A DNA stretch of 64,000 nt from Candidatus Parcubacteria bacterium (GCA_963718875.1 OY970378.1:260396-324395); one strand, 5' to 3'; shown: positions 30,253 through 39,652, counted from the stretch's first letter. Made by a program: numbers and translations. Notes: generated from the letters alone by a model not told the origin.

Positions 30253-30710
30253 TGGATGATGATGGTTCCATGCGCTGACGGGTTGATATGATCGTGAAAG
30301 CCAAAACTGCCCTTCGTTTTAATCATAATCCTTGCGCTCCGGCCGGGCAATATGCTGAGAACAAACTTGCCGGAGGACACCTCACGATTGCCGGTATGCA
30401 CGGGGTGAGGATCGGCCCCAATCTCCACTTCTTTGTTTGTTTGATTGACCCAAGTAACGCTTTCTCCTGCCGTAAGACGTGTGCAGAGTGGCGTAACCTT
30501 GCCGGATTGGAATATTATTCTGGGCTCCTCATTGTGAGCGCTGGCGATACCGGGGGCACAACCGGATTTGGGCACGCGGTTGATCAGCCAAAAGGCTCCC
30601 AGCCAAAGGGCAACCACTGCAGGTAGAAAGAGCCAACTTCTTTGTTTTTGCGGTTTCTTGTTCACTCCATAAACATAACATATTGCCCTGGGTGGCCAAA
30701 ACAAGACCAA
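30249..30710 (-). CDS. Cupredoxin-like domain protein (putative copper-binding)
   Basis: FGFHDHINPSAHG and VHTG His clusters; start uncertain. Confidence 0.35.
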   Translation of the reverse strand: MVLFWPPRAICYVYGVNKKPQKQRSWLFLPAVVALWLGAFWLINRVPKSGCAPGIASAHNEEPRIIFQSGKVTPLCTRLTAGESVTWVNQTNKEVEIGADPHPVHTGNREVSSGKFVLSILPGRSARIMIKTKGSFGFHDHINPSAHGTIIIQ

Positions 30711-30848
30711 TAAGGTATAAGAAAATCAGCATAAAAAACCCGACTACGGTAGGACTGAAAGCACTGTTCAGAAAGCTCCTGCTCGCTTCTTAGACGGGCA
30801 AGTTCTCCTGGGAGATTACAAAAAGAGATTTTTACGTGTTTGATAAGG

Positions 30849-30871
30849 TGGTTCGGACGAACGGTTTATAC
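30849..30871 (+). repeat. Degenerate A-repeat remnant (GGTTCGGACGAACGGTTTATACC) at the distal end of the array
   Basis: Matches right half of A (TTCGAACGGTTTTAGCC). Confidence 0.4.
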
Positions 30872-31043
30872 CTTAAAATCTTCATTTCTAAGTTGTGATT
30901 GACGAAGAATGGATCGAAAAGTTCCCAGCGGAATTTCTTTCTTGCCGGCTGGAATGATAACAGTAAGATTGGCTTTGCGATATTTGGCATGACTACCTTT
31001 GGAAAACAAAAATAAAGCCCTTGGCTTCTAAGACTTTGATCAT
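30865..31043 (-). pseudogene. hicA: hicA-like toxin gene with frameshift in a T-run (N-term MIKVLEAKGFIFVFQR* in one frame, ...KGSHAKYRKANLTVIIPAGKKEIPLGTFRSILRQSQL in the next)
   Basis: Both halves resemble HicA (KGSH...GTxRSILKQ) but lie in different frames around TTTATTTTTGTTTTCC. Confidence 0.5.
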
Positions 31044-31062
31044 GTGTCGAGACGAATAAAGT

Positions 31063-31281
31063 TTAGGCACTCTGGAGGGTGAGAGTTTTAAAATGAGGAG
31101 CATCTATTACCGAAATATCTGGAGAAAAAGTATTTTCAAAATATAGCTCAAGGGCCTCTTTAAAGCTGTCTAAAGCTTGTTGCTCAGTATCGCCAAAGCT
31201 TGATACGTCAACATTAAGACACTGGGCAACGTAATATTTGCCATCTTTATAAACAACATTTTGTAATTCTAGTTGAGCCAT
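31063..31281 (-). CDS. hicB: HicB-like antitoxin (UPF0150/RNase-H-like fold)
   Basis: MAQLELQNVVYKDGKYYVAQCLNVDVSSFGDTEQQALDSFKEALELYFEN. Confidence 0.5.
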   Translation of the reverse strand: MAQLELQNVVYKDGKYYVAQCLNVDVSSFGDTEQQALDSFKEALELYFENTFSPDISVIDAPHFKTLTLQSA

Positions 31282-31318
31282 GTTGAACCCATTATACATG
31301 ATAATAATCATTGATATA

Positions 31319-31360
31319 GGTGGGCTGATTAACGATTTTCGAACGGTTTTAGCCTCGTAA
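31319..31360 (+). repeat. A repeat (pseudo-tRNA-Asp 3' end) copy
   Basis: GGTGGGCTGATTAACGATTTTCGAACGGTTTTAGCCTCGTAAAGC. Confidence 0.7.
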
Positions 31361-31418
31361 AGCAAAGCGCCCTCCATACTGGCAGGGCGCCGAGCGTGGA
31401 GGGCGATGGTGGCTGGGG

Positions 31419-31724
31419 CTACCGATGTAACTCAAAGTCCGTGCCTTTCAGAAGGCTTTCCGCCGCCGAGAAGCAATGGGGAGCATTCCTCACAGGTTGA
31501 CCCGCGAGAACACTCGCCAACGCCTGAGCCGTCATCTGCAGGGCTCCTTGCAAGCTGTGAAGAGGCTGTACCGGCATCACTTCGAACTTCTCGCTGAGGG
31601 GATTGTGGCATTGCCCTTGCTCTGACGCGTTGGGAGCGGGGCAGGTGAGCAGGTCTTCCTCGTCGACCGAGATGAGACCGTGGGTGGTGCACTCCCTGAC
31701 CGGCCAACACCTATCAGCGTCCAT
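31419..31724 (-). CDS. Cassette protein of the WPVREC-THGLISVDE paralog family (copy 1)
   Basis: N-terminus RCWPVRECTTHGLISVDEEDLLTCPAP matches 44849..45226 (RSWPVRECNTHGLISVDEQDQTTCPAP). Confidence 0.5.
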   Translation of the reverse strand: MDADRCWPVRECTTHGLISVDEEDLLTCPAPNASEQGQCHNPLSEKFEVMPVQPLHSLQGALQMTAQALASVLAGQPVRNAPHCFSAAESLLKGTDFELHR

Positions 31725-31726
31725 TA

Positions 31727-31968
31727 TCAGCAGCCCAGATTTGCACGGTTGATGCGTCTGAGGCTGCTACGAAGCGCTTCCTCAGTATAGACCTCGGGTC
31801 CGACGAGACGATCGTCATGGCGGAACTCGATGACGTAGTCTTCGTCACCCTCGTCGCGGTTGATGGCTCCGATCTCCTTTGCAAAGGCGATCACGGCATC
31901 TGGCTCTTCTGGGCCCTCAATGACTACGCAGGGGCAGTCGTATTGGGCTGCGTAACCTTCGTGCATGA
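31727..31968 (-). CDS. Small acidic Cys-containing protein upstream of and abutting 31419..31724
   Basis: Start MHEGYAAQYDCPCVV...; stop 3 bp before the next start. Confidence 0.35.
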
Positions 31969-32067
31969 TTCTCCCTTTTGAGGTTGAGGAGTACGGCTGA
32001 AGCAGTTTGGGATAATGAATATTAGCATAAATTTGATCCGAAGTCAATTAAAATTGAACGTAGCAAA

Positions 32068-32096
32068 CAAAAAGAGACCCTACAAGGTCTCTTTAA
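32068..32096. terminator. Module C hairpin (AAAAAGAGACCCTACAAGGTCTCTTT) abutting an A repeat
   Basis: Analogous hairpins at 33298, 40487, 42128, 43290, 45350, always followed by TAAGCATAAG..TAT then GGCGGGAGC. Confidence 0.55.
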
Positions 32097-32108
32097 GCAT
32101 AAGCATAT

Positions 32109-32137
32109 TGGCGGGAGCTGATTAATGATTTTCGAAC
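32109..32137 (+). repeat. A repeat copy (left half only)
   Basis: TGGCGGGAGCTGATTAATGATTTTCGAAC. Confidence 0.7.
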
Positions 32138-32140
32138 TCG

Positions 32141-33277
32141 CTAGAGCCGATCAGAATCAGAGCTTCTAGGGGTTGTGTCGGCCTTATCATTGAGGATACC
32201 AGATAGGATGTTTGTCATTCGGCTATTGGCTTCTTTTAATTGGACCTCTAGGCCTTTTCTTTGTTCTACTTCTTCGAGCACGATGGCTTGGCTTTGTTCT
32301 AATTCGATAGTCCTTGCCTTTAAGGTTTGTTCAGCGCTCCTGCGCTCTGACTCGGTAGCCGCTAAAATGAGAGATGTTGTATAAACCGTAAAAATAAAGA
32401 GATGCAAGAAAATTAAGTTTTGATCAGTCGATTGCCCTATCGAAAAAGGCCCCAATTTATTAACGGTTCCCCAAACCGCCGACATGGATATAAGCAATGT
32501 GGCCGTGACCACCCCGATTTGCTCAAACTTTAGGGCTACCCAGATGAGTAACGGAAAGATGATATAAGGAGCTTCAGTTAAACCGCTGCGTTGCGACTGA
32601 GAAAAAACTAATACGCTTGTGGCCAGAATTAGGGTCAGTAGCAAGCCAAATTGTCTTAATTGCTTGAATGAAAAATGGATTTGGTGGATGCCGCTGTAGA
32701 CCAGTATGAGTGGAGCAAAAATTAGAGCTCCCATGGCATCACCAACCCACCAAACAGCCCAATTTGCCGTAAAAGTCGACCAGGTTACAAGTTTGCCCAA
32801 GGCTAAACTTAGGGTGCCAATGGTGGCACCTACGAGGGGACTAATGAGGGCTGCAACTACAATAAAGACCAATACGTTTTGCAAACCGGATAGTTTTTGG
32901 CTTATCTTGGTCCGGCGTAATAGGTAGGCGCCGGTTAGCGCTTCGAGCGTGTTACCGATGCCAATACCTAATGCCACTGCCACTGGTTCGTGAGTCAAGA
33001 TATTAGCAACAAAGGCTCCCGCTAGGATACTAGGCCAATATTTAAAACCAAGCAAAAATAAGGCGGCAATGGCGATACCGGTGGGAGGCCAGACTGCCGT
33101 TATTTGTTTGGTAGTAAAGGCTAGTGATAAGCCCAATTTGGCTGAGATTACATAGATAAGCACCAACAAAACGGCTTTCATCAAATAGCGGGAATTTAAG
33201 TTGGGAATATGGCTTCTCAAATTACTTAACCGACTAGCCATTTTATACCTGTTAATTAAATAGTTTGCTAATATCAT
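32141..33277 (-). CDS. MASE1-type membrane sensor fragment, low-GC, truncated at an A repeat just where a PAS domain would begin
   Basis: About 8 TM then coiled coil ending ...TNILSGILNDKADTTPRSSDSDRL*; stop 3 bp from A copy. Confidence 0.45.
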   Translation of the reverse strand: MILANYLINRYKMASRLSNLRSHIPNLNSRYLMKAVLLVLIYVISAKLGLSLAFTTKQITAVWPPTGIAIAALFLLGFKYWPSILAGAFVANILTHEPVAVALGIGIGNTLEALTGAYLLRRTKISQKLSGLQNVLVFIVVAALISPLVGATIGTLSLALGKLVTWSTFTANWAVWWVGDAMGALIFAPLILVYSGIHQIHFSFKQLRQFGLLLTLILATSVLVFSQSQRSGLTEAPYIIFPLLIWVALKFEQIGVVTATLLISMSAVWGTVNKLGPFSIGQSTDQNLIFLHLFIFTVYTTSLILAATESERRSAEQTLKARTIELEQSQAIVLEEVEQRKGLEVQLKEANSRMTNILSGILNDKADTTPRSSDSDRL

Positions 33278-33400
33278 ACTATGCGGCTGTGTTCGACACC
33301 AAAAGAGGCTTCGTAAAGCCTCAGTAGTAGATAACCAGAGCATAAGTATATTTATAAAAAAACAATCTTCAATGTGGCTGCTCGTTTCATTTAACGCGAT

Positions 33401-33437
33401 CTTATTAACGATTTTCGAACGGTTTTAGCTTCATAAA
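33401..33437 (+). repeat. A repeat copy (right two-thirds)
   Basis: CTTATTAACGATTTTCGAACGGTTTTAGCTTCATAAA. Confidence 0.7.
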
Positions 33438-33506
33438 AAGCACTCGGCCACCCAGAGAGCAGCTTTGTGCAGATACTGAGTGGCCATTTTTATTGCAGCC
33501 TTGTAA

Positions 33507-34100
33507 CTAGGATGTCTGATCGAGGAACCTTATTATTGCCCGACGGTAAAACAACATCACAGTGACGATGCTTTGCGAGTGGTTGATTCCGGCCACACGA
33601 TGCACCTTTGCGCCTGCAAGCCGCATGGTGGAAAGCGGCACAAAGTCACGCCAAGGCTCCATGATAAGGGTTCGATTGAGCTGATGATCTGTTAGGAGCC
33701 GTTGGGATTGCTCACAGGCTACGGCTGACTCCTGGAATGCCTCGCTTGATCCTACAGACTTAGCAAATTTTGGTGGTGGGTCACTCATTAGTCGGAGGGC
33801 CCCACAGACGCTTACAACACCTACGAGCTGTGGGCGAGCAGCATAGGCATTAATGATGAGACTTGCACCAGCGCTGATGCCAATAAGGGCTACTGGATCG
33901 CCAGTTGCAAGTAATTCATCGATCACGGCCAGGAGCTTGGCTAATTTAGGCGAATACTTATTACCGTCGCGCCAGCCAACAGCCAAAGGGTAAAGCTGAA
34001 CATCCTTTGTGTTCCATACCTTTGTGAGCAAGGCAGGAAAGTTGAATTTGCCGTCATCGAGTCCAAATACAAGGACAATCCGAAGCTTTCGATTAGACAT
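33507..34100 (-). CDS. Alpha/beta-hydrolase-fold protein (GISAG nucleophile elbow)
   Basis: LIGISAGASLIINAYA. Confidence 0.45.
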   Translation of the reverse strand: MSNRKLRIVLVFGLDDGKFNFPALLTKVWNTKDVQLYPLAVGWRDGNKYSPKLAKLLAVIDELLATGDPVALIGISAGASLIINAYAARPQLVGVVSVCGALRLMSDPPPKFAKSVGSSEAFQESAVACEQSQRLLTDHQLNRTLIMEPWRDFVPLSTMRLAGAKVHRVAGINHSQSIVTVMLFYRRAIIRFLDQTS

Positions 34101-34126
34101 GAATGGATTATAACAAAAAAGCTTCA

Positions 34127-34148
34127 GAAGGGTTCGGCCTCATAAAGC
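34127..34148 (+). repeat. Partial A repeat (right tail GAAGGGTTCGGCCTCATAAAGC) followed by shared hairpin GAGCCGCCCAGCAGGCGGTCTTGCGCTGCTGAACGGCT
   Basis: Same tail plus hairpin at 37365-37420. Confidence 0.55.
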
Positions 34149-34252
34149 ACAAGAGCCGCCCAGCAGGCGGTCTTGCGCTGCTGAACGGCTGTAAAACTGA
34201 GGAACGATCGCTGGTGACTTGCGTGGATCTCCAACTCGGAGCTGGAGCCGTC

Positions 34253-34552
34253 TCAGCTGCCTCGACGGCCAGTCTCGATGTCCAAGCCAGCCTGCTCTCG
34301 GGCTCTTCTGACGTGACCCGAGTACGGCGGCACTTCCTCGACACTCGAGATAACCCCGGCTTCCAGCAGAACACTGGTTACCCAGCAGCCGTGGCAAACC
34401 TCCTTGCAGGCAAGATTATCGTTGTGGAGGCCGTGTTTCAGCCCACTGTGGGCCGTAGCCATGAGAACTCTCATGGCATGCTTGACAGAGGTGGGACTTG
34501 CGGTTTGCAGCATCTGCTCGAGTTCTTGTTGCCTGGTGACAGCGGTAATCAT
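34253..34552 (-). CDS. Hypothetical 99-aa cassette protein (RBS AAGGAG)
   Basis: GC-rich; ...HGLHNDNLACKEVCHGCW. Confidence 0.4.
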   Translation of the reverse strand: MITAVTRQQELEQMLQTASPTSVKHAMRVLMATAHSGLKHGLHNDNLACKEVCHGCWVTSVLLEAGVISSVEEVPPYSGHVRRAREQAGLDIETGRRGS

Positions 34553-34595
34553 GCTCGTACTCCTTTGCTAGGCGAACGGAACGAGTGGCAATATT

Positions 34596-34763
34596 TACGA
34601 CGGTGATGCAAAGAGCGCTTAGAGAAAGCTTGTCATTTCCGCGTACTCGAGAGCATGAACTTGGTGGGGGCAGGTTTCGCAGAGGGGCAACCCACAGGTT
34701 GTGGGTGAAGTGCCTTCGAACCGGCACTTCTTAACTGCAGGCTTCCCGCAGGTACAGCGTTTG
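34596..34763 (-). CDS. 55-aa Cys-rich Zn-ribbon protein (METNKRCTCGKPAVKKCRFEGTSPTTCGLPLCETCPHQVHALEYAEMTSFL)
   Basis: Translated by hand; RBS GAGGAG 6 nt before ATG; below ORF-track size cutoff. Confidence 0.4.
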
Positions 34764-34880
34764 TTTGTTTCCATAAGTCTCCTCGTGTGCTCGACGTGGT
34801 GAGTGAAGCTTGGTTTATTTATACTCCAGATAAGTCATTATTCAAGCACGAGCGTATTGGTAAAATCTGCTTGCCGATTA

Positions 34881-34920
34881 GCTAATTAACGATTTTCGAA
34901 CTTTGATTCTATGGCGGGCC
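34881..34920 (+). repeat. Rearranged A repeat (GCTAATTAACGATTTTCGAAC then TATGGCGGGCC) followed by module H
   Basis: Module H GGAGGAGCAGGTTAGAACTCATTTT also at 44700-44745. Confidence 0.5.
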
Positions 34921-34963
34921 GTTCCGTCAACTGACGGAGGAGCAGGTTAGAACTCATTTTCTG

Positions 34964-35527
34964 TTAAGCGCTCTGGGCAAGTAGAACAACAAAGAATATG
35001 CCCAGTACATTTAAAAGATACGATACAGCCAAAAAATGGGTGTTATTCATTTTAGAAGCACCTATTAGGCTTACGCCTAGCTCGTCTGGTAGTGGAGAGG
35101 CGATGATTAAGGCTCCTGACAACGGAAGTAGCCAGGCAAAGTAGGGTGTTTTAAAAAGTCGCTTCAGTTTTGGAGTGCCAACTTTTGCCAGGTAGGGCTT
35201 AAGCTCTTTTGTTACCTTGTCTCGGATGAATCTAAAAATAATGTAATCGCCCAGCATTGATCCTATACCAGCTACAATAGCGATTTCGAGTGGGTTGAGA
35301 TGTTTGGCAAGTTCAAACAGGACGTATCCAGCTGGGAGCACGGTATAGGTGGAAACAAAGAGAAAGCCTGCAACAAGTGCTCCGATGTATCCAAGAGAAC
35401 CAAGTCCTTGGATGAGTCCGGCTACTTCAGATGTTTTTGCTAGGAAATAAAAAACAATCATGCCTAGTAGAAGTAGGAATGTGTTTTTAAAACCCCATCC
35501 TCTCCATTTACCTAAAAGCATATCCAT
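34964..35527 (-). CDS. DedA/VTT-family membrane protein
   Basis: TVP38/DedA-like topology and G-rich re-entrant motif (GIGSMLGDYIIFRF). Confidence 0.5.
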   Translation of the reverse strand: MDMLLGKWRGWGFKNTFLLLLGMIVFYFLAKTSEVAGLIQGLGSLGYIGALVAGFLFVSTYTVLPAGYVLFELAKHLNPLEIAIVAGIGSMLGDYIIFRFIRDKVTKELKPYLAKVGTPKLKRLFKTPYFAWLLPLSGALIIASPLPDELGVSLIGASKMNNTHFLAVSYLLNVLGIFFVVLLAQSA

Positions 35528-35680
35528 AATTAAAGTTTACCATGATACAAAAAAGCATAGTAAAGGCTTAATAATTGCTGATGGGTTGTAACTGCCTAAA
35601 AATTGTTAAGCCAGGAAGTCTTTGAACGCTACAGTCGCATAAGCGTCTTTTGTGCTACCTTATTAGCATGAGTGTATTAG

Positions 35681-37201
35681 GTGATTAATGTAAGCAGCAT
35701 AGAAAAAGCTTTTTGGGAGCTGAACGCAGATGATGGTACGGGTTTGCGTACAAGTACAGGCTTGTTTTATAACCATACTGTTTTTGCTCGTGATGTGGCT
35801 ATGATTGCACGATGGATTTTACCCTTGGGTAAAAATTATCAGCAAGTGAGCAGGGAAGTAATTCTGACTTTGTGTTGGCACCAAGGAGTGGAAACCAATC
35901 CTCGGGCTGAAGAGCAGCCAGGACGAATCCATAATGAGTACCGAAAGTTTTCTGCTTGGCAGGCTCCTATGGGAGTAAAAACAATTGGTCGGTTGGTGTC
36001 ATTGCTGTGGGGCGGGAATTTGCATGAGTATACCAGCTATATTGCTGTGGATACGACGCCGTTGTTTGTTCAATTGGTTTGCGCCTATGCGACGCAAGTT
36101 GATCGAGGCATTTTGGACGAAGTGGCGGTACGACACGACGGTCGCGAGGTGAGGGTAGGGCAGTGCTTGAAAGAAGCAATAGACTGGATAGTACATCATC
36201 GCCAGGGTTATGGCCTAATCGCAAACGCCCGCAGTAACCCATTGAGCTTGTATTATGAGGTTTGGAAGGATTCTCATACAGCTCTAATTCACAATAATGG
36301 CCGCTTAGCCTCATTGTCTCGTCCGGTGGCATACTTAGATACACAATTATTGGCAGTTGATGCGCTGCGTGCAGCTGCCGGTTTGCTAGCAGCTGAAAAT
36401 TTAGAATCTAGTCAGTCTTGGCTCAAAATTGCCGATGAGCTGGTGGAGGTAACATTGGAGCGTTTTTGGGAACCAGGGGAGCAGCGGTTTTACGCGGCCT
36501 TGGACCATGATCGGCAGGGTAAATGGAGGCCAGTTATGGCTGAGGGCTCTAACTCAGGATGGTTGCTCGACAGTACTTTTTTTGACAATCTAGAGGGTAA
36601 ACCGTATATGGAAGCGATTGTCAGGCAATTGTTGGGACCGGACTTTTTGACTCCAGCAGGAATCAGGGCGAGGGCAGTTGGTTCAGATAAATGGATTAAG
36701 GCAGCTGATTATCACGGTTCGCACACGGTATGGCCGGTGGATAATTATGTCTTTGCAAGGGGTTTGCGCCGTCAGGGACTACCGCAACTAGCTGAAGTCG
36801 TGGAGCAACGTTTATTACGAGCTGTAGAGAAAGCGGGGGCTTTCTATGAGTACTTTTTGGTTGCTTCAGATGGTCGGGTTGTGTACGAGCCTCATCGTGT
36901 GGTTAAGGAGCGCTATCAGTCACGTTATCGTCGTTTGCCCCGGATGCCTGTGCAGATACTCCCGGAGCGTCAGCTAGCTTGGACAATTTCGGCTTGTTTG
37001 CTCATACAAAAAGGGAGTACGCAAGCTGCTCCCTCTAATACATGGGCGCAGGCGTTGCAGGAGAAGCTGGTGCCACATTTGCTTGAAGTGGAGACAGAAA
37101 ATGATGAAGTTCCGTTTGTTCCAGCCCTCTACCGAGGTGCCGGACGCATAACTCAGATAGCGATCGAGCAATGGGTGCGCGAATATATTTTTCGACGCTA
37201 A
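35681..37201 (+). CDS. (alpha/alpha)6-barrel glycoside hydrolase, amylo-alpha-1,6-glucosidase (GDE_C)/GH63-like
   Basis: 506 aa; blocks (WLLDSTFFDNLEG, TPAGIRARAVGSDKW, TVWPVDNYVFARGLRR) resemble the GDE_C family. Confidence 0.45.
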   Translation: MINVSSIEKAFWELNADDGTGLRTSTGLFYNHTVFARDVAMIARWILPLGKNYQQVSREVILTLCWHQGVETNPRAEEQPGRIHNEYRKFSAWQAPMGVKTIGRLVSLLWGGNLHEYTSYIAVDTTPLFVQLVCAYATQVDRGILDEVAVRHDGREVRVGQCLKEAIDWIVHHRQGYGLIANARSNPLSLYYEVWKDSHTALIHNNGRLASLSRPVAYLDTQLLAVDALRAAAGLLAAENLESSQSWLKIADELVEVTLERFWEPGEQRFYAALDHDRQGKWRPVMAEGSNSGWLLDSTFFDNLEGKPYMEAIVRQLLGPDFLTPAGIRARAVGSDKWIKAADYHGSHTVWPVDNYVFARGLRRQGLPQLAEVVEQRLLRAVEKAGAFYEYFLVASDGRVVYEPHRVVKERYQSRYRRLPRMPVQILPERQLAWTISACLLIQKGSTQAAPSNTWAQALQEKLVPHLLEVETENDEVPFVPALYRGAGRITQIAIEQWVREYIFRR

Positions 37202-37212
37202 TATTTTGCAAC

Positions 37213-37365
37213 CACGGGCAGTTGGTAGGACGCCTATGAGGTAGCGGAGATGTATTTGAGGATGACCAGGATGGTGACTTCGAAAGCTTCGAAGTACTTC
37301 TCCAGGGCTAACTGCATTTCAAGCCGCAGCTTCTCCAGCAGTCCCGGCGTCAACTCGAAGCCCCA
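37213..37365 (+). repeat. Orphan duplicate of the 3' 150 bp of cassette gene 26903..27277, about 90% identical
   Basis: Alignable base by base with 26880-27030. Confidence 0.6.
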
Positions 37366-37418
37366 CCTCATAAAAGCACAAGAGCCGCCCAGCAGGCGGT
37401 CTTGCGCTGCTGAACGGC

Positions 37419-37922
37419 TTATAGATCAGATGGGCAGCCGTGGACGGCCAAGCTCTTGTTCTTGTAGCGGGGGTCGTCGGTGACTTCGATCGCTTCTCCG
37501 AAGAGCTCCACCGGGAACACATATGCCTCCGCTTCGGCCCTAAGGGCTACTTCATCTTCGGGAGGCCCAACCCATTCGGCTTCGACCATCTGCAGGCCCC
37601 AGAGAGGACCATAAAAAATATCCCATTCTAGGGTGGGTGGCCCTGGGATGGAGACTCTCAAGCGATTCTTTTGGATCATGTTCGAGGTCGAGAGGACAAG
37701 TTGGTTGAAGACCCACTCGGGAATTTCCACTTCCCATTCGGAGCGGCTGATGGTCCCGTCACCTTTGACAGTCAGGAAGAACTTTCCGCCCTTGGTTCGA
37801 ATGCGAAGCTCTCCCGGCTCCATGATGATGTAGCCCTGAACAATCTCCTCGCTTCGTAGGCCCGATAGTGTTGCCGGCTTACGGAGAACCCACTTGCGTT
37901 CAATTTCGATCTGGTCAGACAC
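37419..37922 (-). CDS. CYTH-domain protein (class IV adenylyl cyclase / triphosphatase fold)
   Basis: VSDQIEIERKWVL...EIVQGYI...LTVKGDG..SRSEWEVEI; GTG start with RBS AAGGAG. Confidence 0.55.
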   Translation of the reverse strand: MSDQIEIERKWVLRKPATLSGLRSEEIVQGYIIMEPGELRIRTKGGKFFLTVKGDGTISRSEWEVEIPEWVFNQLVLSTSNMIQKNRLRVSIPGPPTLEWDIFYGPLWGLQMVEAEWVGPPEDEVALRAEAEAYVFPVELFGEAIEVTDDPRYKNKSLAVHGCPSDL

Positions 37923-37990
37923 GACTTCTCCTTGATAGGGGGAGTTCTTATATTGTGCTATTAGGGAGCGGAAAAGCAAGCATGAGCAAT

Positions 37991-38347
37991 TTATTTGCTC
38001 AATAAGCCTACTCGACCTAAATCGCTTTCGGGTAAGCCAAGTACCACAAAGACTTCGTGGATAGTTGGGATCACACTACACTGATCGTCGCGTACGGGTG
38101 GGTAGAGCCAGCCTGAATTCCAGCAGCTTGGTTTCTGATCGCCTGTGGGGGTACAGACGGCTACCAGGTATTCAGCGGTGCTCTCAGTTTTTCTACATAT
38201 TCCTGATCGGTTAAGATAGGGGGCCCTGTGTATGGATAGAGACGGTAACCCGTACGACCTGTTCCTGCTACGGCTGGTCTGTGGATGAGGCGGTAAATAC
38301 CACGTAAAAATCCAAATATCATGTCGGCCTCTCTGTAGGGGTGACAT
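37991..38347 (-). CDS. Hypothetical GC-rich cassette protein
   Basis: ORF only. Confidence 0.3.
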   Translation of the reverse strand: MSPLQRGRHDIWIFTWYLPPHPQTSRSRNRSYGLPSLSIHRAPYLNRSGICRKTESTAEYLVAVCTPTGDQKPSCWNSGWLYPPVRDDQCSVIPTIHEVFVVLGLPESDLGRVGLLSK

Positions 38348-38402
38348 AGGCGGTGTTTTAATAAGATATATCTAAACTGCTATGAGCACAAGAATTCTGC
38401 AT

Positions 38403-38437
38403 TATAAAGTGAAAACCCCGCTGGTTGCGAGGCTCAC
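38403..38437. repeat. Module G, copy 2
   Basis: Matches 26826-26860. Confidence 0.5.
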
Positions 38438-38497
38438 TTTGCGGGTGATTCTTGCTTTTGCGGGGTGTTTGTGACGGTCTGACCGTCGTGTTGCGAA

Positions 38498-38935
38498 CTA
38501 CGTCGGGTCGATTCTGGCCTTTGCGTATCTACGGCCGTACTCCTCGGCGCCACTCAGGACTTCGGCGATGTGGGGGTCTTTATCCGACAGCCTTTCCAGA
38601 TGGAGCTTCACGGTGTCTCGTGCGTTGGTCTGATTGACGAACCATTCCACGCACCTCACCCGCGCCTTGTCGCTGTCGGCGGTGATGATATCGCCCTCAC
38701 GAGGTGGGATGGGGAAGCCGTTGACTGGGTAGGGGTCATCCGTCAGACGAGGATCCTGCCCGATAAGCGGCAACAACCACAAGCATGGGTACCTGCTGCC
38801 GCCCTCCACGATCCATTCCACCTGCGCCACGATGTAGGTGAACTCGGCGATGTGGAAGATGTCACCCCTAGAGGGAACTGCATCCATCTCACGGGTACCG
38901 GCACTATATCCGGTTGTGGTATCAACTCTCATCGG
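38498..38935 (-). CDS. Hypothetical cassette protein (start MRVDTTTGY), overlapping operon with 38922..39260
   Basis: GC-rich; 14-bp overlap with upstream ORF. Confidence 0.35.
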   Translation of the reverse strand, partial: PMRVDTTTGYSAGTREMDAVPSRGDIFHIAEFTYIVAQVEWIVEGGSRYPCLWLLPLIGQDPRLTDDPYPVNGFPIPPREGDIITADSDKARVRCVEWFVNQTNARDTVKLHLERLSDKDPHIAEVLSGAEEYGRRYAKARIDPT

Positions 38936-39260
38936 AGGCTCCTGTCTCGGCTTTCTTCTGCCATGCAGAGAGGGCGCAAGCGAGAAGGTAGTCTGCAAGG
39001 ACGGCAGCCATTGGGGTGCTCGTTTGAGGAATTTCCACGGGTACTCCGGCTTTGTTGTCTGCTTCGACTAACTCACGGATGAGATCCCACCGCTCGTCGT
39101 CGGTCAAAAAACGAAGAGCCAGAATTGCAGGTCCGTTGTCGGGATCGGGGTGACTGTGGCCACGGGCTTTGATCTCTTGGGCTTTGGCCATCAAGGCTTC
39201 GAGGTGTTGTCCCATTATATTCAAACCTCTGTCTCCACCGGATGAGAGCGCACCGGTCAA
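38922..39260 (-). CDS. Hypothetical cassette protein
   Basis: GC-rich. Confidence 0.35.
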   Translation of the reverse strand: MTGALSSGGDRGLNIMGQHLEALMAKAQEIKARGHSHPDPDNGPAILALRFLTDDERWDLIRELVEADNKAGVPVEIPQTSTPMAAVLADYLLACALSAWQKKAETGASDES

Positions 39261-39299
39261 CGCATTCAGAACGAATTGACAACTATACTATTTAATCCT

Positions 39300-39420
39300 G
39301 CTTAATGCAAGCACGAGCAATTTAGTTGTTCAATAATATAACCGAGAAAGTATTTACAAAGCAAGAAAATGCAAGCAGGGAAGTTTACGTGTCCTAATTC
39401 AATGGCAGCTTCAGCGAGCT
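39300..39420. promoter_or_regulatory. Module B copy upstream of parB-like gene
   Basis: CAAGCACGAGCAATTTAGTTGTTCAATAATATAACCGAGAAAGTATTTACAAAGC. Confidence 0.5.
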
Positions 39421-39652
39421 CAATGCTGCGGTGGAAGCTGTATGGGTGATAGCACTTTTTGTATTGTTTGATTATTGGTACACTGTGCGTGAGATCAAGG
39501 TGTTTCCAATTTTGCTCATGCTTATGTAATATAGAAATATCCTTTGTACGCTTCAAATAAGTACCAACTTCGCCTTGGCAGATTGGGCATTAATTGTTAA
39601 CGCTCAGCCTGCCGAGAGTCCGGACCGTCCGGACACGCGGAGGAGGATTGAT

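Noticed and set aside
34103-34727. Five overlapping ORFs in 34.1-34.7 kb (34103..34606, 34108..34374, 34140..34397, 34416..34727 and others)
   Set aside because: Only the two minus-strand ORFs with strong RBSs (34253..34552 and the 55-aa Zn-ribbon at 34596..34763) were retained.
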